Assembly (NCBI GenBank): GCA_050125095.1
Contig: JASFEA010000065.1
Coordinates: forward strand, 1 to 18,286
Source of the DNA: a bacterium
Lineage (GTDB): Bacteria; Arandabacterota; Arandabacteria; Arandabacterales; JALGWA01
Length of the DNA stretch: 18,286 nucleotides
Direction: 5' to 3'
Part shown: positions 6,226 through 15,200 of the stretch, piece by piece
Layout: every line of letters starts with the position of its first letter
Position numbering within the stretch: position 1 is the stretch's first letter
Made by a program: the position numbers and the translations under genes
Notes under the pieces: model-generated
Database searches by the model: none
What the model saw: only the letters and a program-made list of their open reading frames with translations
What the model was told of the DNA's origin: nothing

Positions 6226-9200
6226 ATGGATTTCCATTCTTCTGCTAGGAAGCTTTTGGTCCTCAGTCTTCTCACCGCCGTGGTGATCGGTTTCGCCTCG
6301 GTCGCCAGCGCTACGATTACGATCACCAGCGCTGAGATCGTATTGATCGGCGACGAGGAGGGCGCAGGTGCCCGCGGTGAGGGTATGGTCAGTATCGGAG
6401 ACACTATAGAGGTTATAGTCAACGTCACCGATCCTGACAGCGTCCTGGCCGTAGTCGCCGACATGAGAAAGTACGGCGGGGCCGAAGAAGAGACGCTGTA
6501 CGCCTACCAGGGACGGCTGAGTTATATCTCTGGTGCCGCGTGGGTGCCGAGCTGCAGTATCACCGAGTACGGTGAGATCAACCAGCTCGCCATCTACTAT
6601 CCGGACTCCGACCTGGTCAGGACGGAGCACTGGACGGTGTGTCTCTCGGGCGGCGGTGCCGACGCTTATGCAACGGTTCCCGTTTTCACGGGCAACTGCA
6701 GCGGCGGCGCTTTCAACATCGGCACACCGGCGATCTACGACACCGCGGCCGTCAGCGCCTATGGGGTCAACAACTGGCGCGTTTACTGGCAGAGTGGAGA
6801 CGGTGATCCGGGCGGCGCGGTGGACACCTTCTATATCAGGGATGTAGACACCGCAACCGACCTTCCCACCATGGCCTTTGATGGGACCATGTGCTACGCG
6901 GAGAACGCGAGTGGCGACACGCTATTTACCTTCACTCCGGCGGTCACCGCCGGCACGCTTTGCTGTAGCGCCCTGCCGGCCAACTGCGACTACGTCGACT
7001 TCCAGACGTTCGGCGCTGGTTCCCACACCTGGGAGGTCACCGGTAACGTCAGCGGCGTTCTCGACGATGATGCGGTCACCGACGTGCTGTACTACGGCGT
7101 GGACTCGGGTGATACCCTCTTCTCATTCTTAATCGAGAACGTATCCTCGGGCGTCTGCTGTAATACCATCTGCACGGACTGCGACCACTTCGAGTTCGAG
7201 ACCTGGCAGTGGATCCCCGCGGACTCGACCTGGAGGGATACGCTCATAGTCCAGGACGGCGGGCAGTGGTGGATCGACAATACGCCGTGTGACTATATCG
7301 GCCACACGGATCCGTCGGCGCTGATCACCGCCTGGAACATCCTCTGGCCGGACTCAGGATTCCCGTATGACGTGGACACCATGAGCACGACGGTGCCCGA
7401 GGATGAGGGCGGCAACCCCGTCGACTACGATACTCACCACACCACGTACGCCCAGCTCGTTGATCCGGGCGGTGCGGGTGCCGAGTTCATCGAAGCCGAG
7501 GATTACTTCATAAGGTGCATGACCGACAGTTCGGGTGTGTTCGCTCTCTGGGGCGATGTCGACAACGTGCTCAACCCGACATCGCTCTTCGGGTTTGCTC
7601 CGGATACGGCCTATGCGTATCTGGACCTCCAGAGACTGTCGCACGCGAACGGTAATGATGATATACCGGACTTCTATTTCGATGCGCACTGGTTCGGCGA
7701 TCCTTACAGCGACACCAGCTACACCAACGTGGACTCGCTGGGATGGTGGATCGAGATGAGCCCCTGGTACGCAAGCGTCGACTGCCCGACCGAGGACAAC
7801 GGCGTCACCGGTCTCTGGGAAGTCGCATTCGCTTGTTCGGCGGGCTCAACCGACGTTGCCGCCGGCGAGCAGATGATCATGAAGTGGGTGTCGGACTCGG
7901 GTGATACGACTTACTTCCCCGGGTTCAGCCACAGCCTGTGCGCCATCGACAACCAGATCCCCGACTATATGCTGACCGGTTCGAGTGACAGCGTTACGGT
8001 GGACGATATCAGCTTCGTCGCCGACATGGACAACGCCGGCAACGCCGACGTCCTCAACCCGATAAGCATAGGAAACCCCATTGCCGACTGGCTGCAGATC
8101 AGAATCGACCTGGAGGGTCTCTTCGACCTCGCGGACGTCGAGGCCGGCGGATGGGGATTCGCGGACCTGATGGGCATCGGCTTCTACATGGCCGATACGC
8201 TCACGACGCCGCTGGGGCTTGATTTCCTCGGTGAGATGGGTCCCTTGAGCCCGATCTGGGGCACGGACTCGGTGGACGTGGTCGCTTCGCCGCCTTCACC
8301 GTACGCCTGGGATCAGGACTCGGTGGTAACTGCGGGAGTGTGGATCTTCGACAACGCCGGTAACGGCTGGTTCGTGGGTCCCAAGGACACGGCGCTGGCA
8401 ATCGATAACCAGCTGCCGGTGGTCCCCGAGGACTCCTGCGCCGCGTGGGGCGACCCCATCTACACGACAATCGCCGTGGATGCGGCCCCGTACGTGGGCT
8501 ACGCGGACTGCGGCGAGCCCGATCAGAATATCTACGGAAATGACTACTTCGACAGGGACAAGATCGTCTGCTACGCCAATCTCGGAGACGTCTTCGGCGC
8601 CGACGAGATCGAGAACGTGACGATGGTCAATGACCCGTACTGCGTCGGTGGCATCATCATGTACGACGACGGTACGCTGGGCGACGACCCTGTCGCGGAC
8701 GACGGTAACTACACGGGCCACGCCCGCGTGGAGATCGGCGACGGCACGACCTTCTGCTTCCTCGACAGCGACGAGGAGTCGGTGTACTTCGAGGTCGAGG
8801 TGGAGGACGACGCCGGTAACGTGGCCATAAGCGGCTCCTGTATCGGTGTCAAGTACGACAACGAGCTGCCCACGATCACCGCCGAGAACGTCATGATCAT
8901 GTTCTGGGATCATCCGGGCACCATACCGGTGGACGGTGATCTCAATGAAGACGGTATCGTCTCCATCGGCGACTCGCTCATATTCGAGTGGAGAGCCGAG
9001 GACGAGACCTGGGACGACATGGAGATCGACTCGGTGAGAGTGGATGCGGCAAGCATCGACCCGACGTACTCCGGGTGGATCACGCTCTACTGGGATCCCT
9101 CGGGCGGCGTCTATCGCAACTACGTGCCCGGTGAGGCGGGAATGCCTTACGAGGTCACGATGGGTTCGATTGACGGCGAGACGCTCGAGGCCGCTTTCTG

Positions 9201-12200
9201 CGTGTGGGACAATGCCGGTAACTCCACCGGCTGGAAGACATTCGTGTCCGATCCGGCCCTCACGCTCGACAACGTCGGCGGCATGATCCAGTGGGATCTG
9301 TTCCAGATCTCAACTACCGGTCCGGATTCGATCGCCTCGATCGGCGACACCATCTCCTTCTACTACGACGGTCCTGATGACGACGTGGTCGCCATCTGGA
9401 TCAACGTGGACGACGTCAGCGAGACCGTCGAATGGCTCGAGCTGACAGAGGGAGCGTCCTGGTCGGGCTGGATCATCGTGGATCCGGGCGCCGTCGATAC
9501 AATGGATTACTACTTCATGGGCAAGGCGTTCGACAATGTCGCCAACGTGGATTCCGGCTACCTGCCGAGATTCCCGGTTGACAATATGCCGCCCACTATG
9601 GACTGCGCCAATGCATGGCTCAGGCTGTGGGACTATGTCGACAACGCCGCCGACCGTTACGTCAATATCGGCGACAACCTGACGGCCTGCTTCTGGGACG
9701 TCAACGGCGACGTGGAGGCCGTGACCTGCGACTGGTCCAACTACGGGGCCGGCACTACCGACATGGTCAAGGGCTTCCAGGACCAGCCTGAACTCTGGGG
9801 TTACAGGCTCGATCCGGTTCCCGAGAACGGCGTCGACCAGGGCCCCGGCGGAATGGCCACCCTGGTCCACATGGTCGCGACCGACAAGGCCGGGAACAGT
9901 GTCGACGGCTGGTTCTGCCCCATCTGGCATGATGAGGCCGAGAACGACAGCCTGCTCCTGGACCAGGGCGGCACGTGCGACCACGTGTGCCAGCCGGTCG
10001 ATACCGAGCGGCCCGGCCCGCCTGATGCCGGCGACATTACCTTCGAGCTCATCGACGATGACGGCAACGGCGTCGCCAACGTCGGTGACAGGCTGAGAAT
10101 CATAGTCGACATGGGCAATCCCACGGCTCCGGGTTACGACATGCAGTGGGAAAGCGCCATGGTCCACGCCGAGATTCACCAGTACGGCGACGACTATGCG
10201 GCCGATCCCGAAGGCTACCTGATGCTGACCGACGACAACTACAGCGCCGGCGGCGAGGGTGACGGCCGGTTCTCATACTTCTACTTCTTCAACAACTCCG
10301 ACGGCGACCAGCTCATAGAGGGCTGCCCGATTCTCCCCGGCATGCTCGACGTGCCGGCCGGAGACGACTCGACCAGGATCAGGGTCCGGTCGATGGACGA
10401 TGCGGGTAACTACTCGGATGGCTGGATCCTGAGCGACGTGCTCCAGGGCGACGTCGTGATGCTCGGCGCCTCGGGCCCGGTCGCGGTGGACAACGAGATA
10501 CCCGAGATCGATCCCGAGTGGATCACGGTCACCTTCGTGGACGAGGACTTCAACGGCATCCTCTCCATCGGTGACACCGCCACGGTGTCGGTCGACATGA
10601 CCGACGCGCCGGGCAACGAGGTCGAGGGCGTATGGGCCAACCTCTATGACTGGGGTTACCCGTCAATGGATATGGTCGCTCTCCAGGCCAACTCGCCTGT
10701 CTACACATTCACCTGGGTAATCGAGAGAGTCCCCGGCGACTGGTGGATAGACGGAAGGCTGTTCGAGGACGAGCTGCCCGAGGAGGGCCAGGAGCCTGAA
10801 GAGATCCCGCCCATCATGAACGCGGTGCAGCTCGAGCCCGAGATGGAAGTCGTGGCTATAGACGCATCGGGCAACTGGAGCGCCTATGATTGGACCGGCG
10901 CCCCCGAGTGGGACGTCTTCACCTGGGGCGATCCTTATATCGATGACTGGCCGTTCATGTGGACCTGGACATCGAGCGGGCCTATCGGCGAGTTCATGGC
11001 CGATACGGACGCTCCGGACCCGGTGAACCCGACCTTCATCGCTACCGACTTTGAAGGCAGTGCGGTCAGGGCCACCAGGCTGGTCGACGGCAGGATCGGT
11101 CTCGATATCTTCTATGACTTCGAGCCCAGAAACCCTGACGTTTACGAGTTCTACGTCTACGGTGACATGGCCACTCCGGGCGTCATCGACTGGGATACCT
11201 ATCTCGGCGAGCCCGTTGCGGCAGGCACGGTGCCTGAGAGCGGATGGGGCACCGAGTACGAGTGGGTTTCGGACATACTTCCCGAGAGGGATGATCCTTA
11301 TAACTTCGGCGTTCTCGCGAAGGATAACGCCGATAACTTCTCCGACCCGGCGCTCACCTGGATCGCCGGCGAGGACGCGGACGCGACGGCTCCTACGGGC
11401 TACGTGGATGTGTTCAACGAGAACGACGCGCCGGCAACGCTCATCGATGCCGACGGCTACTTCCACGGCTATATCAACGAGCCCGAGGAATTCCAGAACG
11501 TCTGCTACGTCGAGTGGTACGGCAGGGTCAAGGATCTCGACAAGGTCACTCCGGGCGACCAGCCCAGCGAGTGGGTCTACTTCGACGAGACGGGCCAGTA
11601 TCCGCCGTCATACCCGCTTCCGGGGATGCCTTACATTGCCGACCCTGAAAGTCTGCTGAGCGCCGTCGCGGCGGCGCTGCCCGCATTCAGCTATCTCGAA
11701 TGCACGGACTTCGAGGTCTGCATAAGGCCTTGGGACGAGGCGGGCAACCACCCGACCATGGGCGAGTGCGTGCCCACGGCGTACACTTACGACACCTTCT
11801 ACCCGGCGATCACCTGGTACTCGATCGGCGGTTACACCGATCCGTGGAACCAGGAGTTCTCCAACACCGAGATGCCTCTCGTTCAGGTACTGGCCAACGA
11901 CGCATGTGCTGCGACGGGCGAGCTGACCTACAAGCTCTACCTGACCAAGACAGGCGGCCAGAGCCTGGGCGGCATCGGCCTGTGGCTGGATACCCAGACC
12001 CTGCCCGTGGGCGAGATCTATGAGTACACCTGGGATCTCACCAACTATCCGCAGGGCTTCACGGGTCTCAAGGCGGTTGTGATGGACGAGGCCGGAAACG
12101 GTGTCTACCACGACTGGCAGATAGTCGTGCTCGACGAGACGGCGCCCGAGGGCATGTTCGCAACGGGCGACCACCCGAACAACATGGTCATCCCCGGCCA

Positions 12201-15200
12201 GCACTTCGGCACTCATGAGAGCGTGTCTCTCTACGTGCTCGTGCCCTGGATGTCGGGTATGCCGGGCTACGACGTCGGCGAGGTAAGGACCTACTGGAGA
12301 ATGTACGAGAGCATGGACGACTGGACCATGATCGGTACGCAGACCTCGTACAACGATACCACGCCCAACGTCGGCGGCTATCTCTATTACGATTACGAGT
12401 TCAGCTGGGACACCAGCGCCTTCACGGACGGCGACATGATCGAGCTCAAGGCCGAGATCTACGACGAGAGGGGCAACATGACCTCCACGACGATCTGGGT
12501 CATGATCAACGGCGAATACGCCGTGCTCGCAATGGACGTCCCTGAAGCGATGGAGGTCTGCGGCGAGGACCGCGTCAGCGGCAAGATCAACATAGTCGGT
12601 ACCGAAGTCTCCTGTCCTTGGGACACTTACATGGCCTTCTGGATGTACAAGGAGACCAGTGAGCCCGACGTCGGTGACTGCGGTTGGGACGGCCGCTGGG
12701 CACAGCCGGACACGATGTTCCGTACAGGCGTGACCGACGAGACTATCTGGCGCTACACCTTCGATACGACCACGCTGCCGGACGGTTCGTACGACTTCAT
12801 GCTGTGCACCTGGGACATCGGAGATAACTGGAGTTACGACCAGGATCACGACTGGTGCGTCGACGCCGGTGCCTTCGCGGCCGCGGTCGCTAACGGCATG
12901 GGTATGACGCTCGTGGTCGACAACACGGCGCCTGAGGTCCGGATCGTGGACGTCAACTGCGCCGGCAATGTCTACCAGGGCACCGAGGCCTACGTGAGCT
13001 GTGGCGAAGACGTCACGGTGACCGCGTGGACCGAGACCACCTGCGATGTGGCCAGAGTCGAGTACTACCTCAGGGGCAGCGAGATCATGGACTACCAGCA
13101 CCTGGTAGGCATGAGCAGCACGCCCGGTGACTACGAGGTGACGTTCCCGGCTTCGGGCGACATCTGTGATCTCCTCGTTCCGGGCGCTCTCAGCGACGGC
13201 TTCGCGATGCCGATGCTCGTCGCGAGGGTCGTGGACGTGTTCGGCAACTACGACGAGTACAGCATCAGCTTCTACATCCTGAACGTCGCACCGACGAGCG
13301 CCTTCCTGACGAATCCGGCTCACGGAGAGCTGCTCAGGCACTGGGTCGCTCTGAGGTCGGACGTCATCGATGCTGACGCTATCTACGATGTGACTTACCA
13401 GTACCAGGCCGTCGGATCGCTGGACGACTGGACCAACATCGCGGTGACCAAGCCGCAGATGGGCGATCCGTGGAACCTGGATACCAAGAACGATACCATC
13501 TACTGGCGTACCGAGGGCGTCGCCGACGGCGCCTACTATCTGAGGGCGGTGGCCAGGAACGAGAACCTGGTGGTTGACGACGACCCGCCTCAGATCATGG
13601 TGACAGTCGACAACACGCCGCCTGTGGTCACGCTGGAGACGACCCCGATGTATCCGGAGGCCTTCACGGGTGACGCTCCGTTCATCGGCGGGCCTTATGT
13701 CGAGCTCGTGGCGAACGCGACTGACGCCAACGGCATCATGTGGGTGGACTTCGGTTACAGGACGGCGGAGACCGACGTCGGCTCGACCACGTGGATCTGG
13801 AATGACAGGCAGGCTCCTTGGGCCTACATGTGGGACGAGGACAGCGGTACTCCGTTCCCCGGCATAATCTCCGGCGGCTACATCATCGTGGCCCACGGCG
13901 AGGACAATGCCGGCAACGAGTTCTGGTACGAGGTCGAGCGTTACATCGACCACTGCCCGCCTTGGGGCTGGGTCACTCAGATCAATGACGACCTCACCCC
14001 GGAGAACTCGCAGTTCTCAGGCATGATCTCGATTACGGGCACCTGCATTGACGGTGCTCCGGACGCCAACTGCGACTTCGCGAACTGGGAGGAGAGCAGC
14101 GGCATGCACGGCGCTCAGTTCCAGTACGCGCCGGTCGACGGTATGTTCATGGCGGCCGAGAGCGGTACCGGCATGGTCTGGACGAATCTTGGCGGCCTCA
14201 TCATGGGTGACGGTCCGAGCTACACGCTCAACTGGGACGCCAGTTTCGCGGTCCCGGGCCGGTACTACCTGAGGCTCAAGGGCTTCGACAACGTGAACAA
14301 CGACGCGGAGTCGCTCTGCTTCGAGCTGCCGTACATCATGATCGAGATCCTGCCGCCTGGCCCGAGCACGGCGCAGATCGCCGGTTATGACAACGTGAGC
14401 GGCTGGCTGGTAGCGACCGCCCCGACGACTGCCGAGTACGTCAGGTTCGAGTACATAGTCGACGTGCCGGTGTTCGGCGATGAGTACGAGTGGACGCTGC
14501 TCGACCAGACCGACACTCCGATGGTGACGGGCGTCTACGGAGTCCCCGTCAACCTCGAGAACGTGCCGGACGGCGATTACCTCGTAAGGGCGATCGCGGT
14601 CTATCCGGACGGCTCCGAGGATGACGCTCCGCCTTACATGGAAGCCACGGTCACCGGCGGCGTCATGACAATGGGCGCGACGCCCAACGTCACCGAGTTC
14701 GAGCGCTGGGGCAACATCAACGCCCCGTCCAGCGTCAGGGTAGGTGCGGTCAGCACCAACGAGCCTACCTTCGTGGTGCTGCTCGATAACGACATACCCA
14801 ACAAGTTCAATACCCCGACGGCGGTCCTGCTGGATCCCGAGAATCCGGACGACCCGACCATCTGGGTCGACGAGTTCTCCATCACGCCTGCCGGCTACCA
14901 CGGCAACGCCACGATCCTGGCGAGCCATGTGGATAACGGCAGCGTGGGCATCCTCGAGAAGAGGGTGAGGACCTATCGTTCGACCATCGCCGAGGGTACA
15001 AAGGGCTATGTCTCGCAGGACGGCATGTCAATCGACATACCTTCCGGCGCCCACGACTACTCGGACGGCATACTGATGATCCACACCCCCGAGCCCGCGG
15101 CGCAGCCGCAGGTGGACGAGGTTGTGGTGGTAGGCCAGCCGGTGATGCTCTACAGCCTTTACGACGGTTGGGCATGCTTCGATGAGGGCTACACCGCTCA

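Noticed and set aside
11608-13953. 781-aa antisense ORF, plus other long minus-strand ORFs inside the giant gene, RND and porV
   Set aside because: These are shadow frames from biased GC-rich codon usage. They are V/R/H-rich, have no motifs, and fully overlap well-supported genes.
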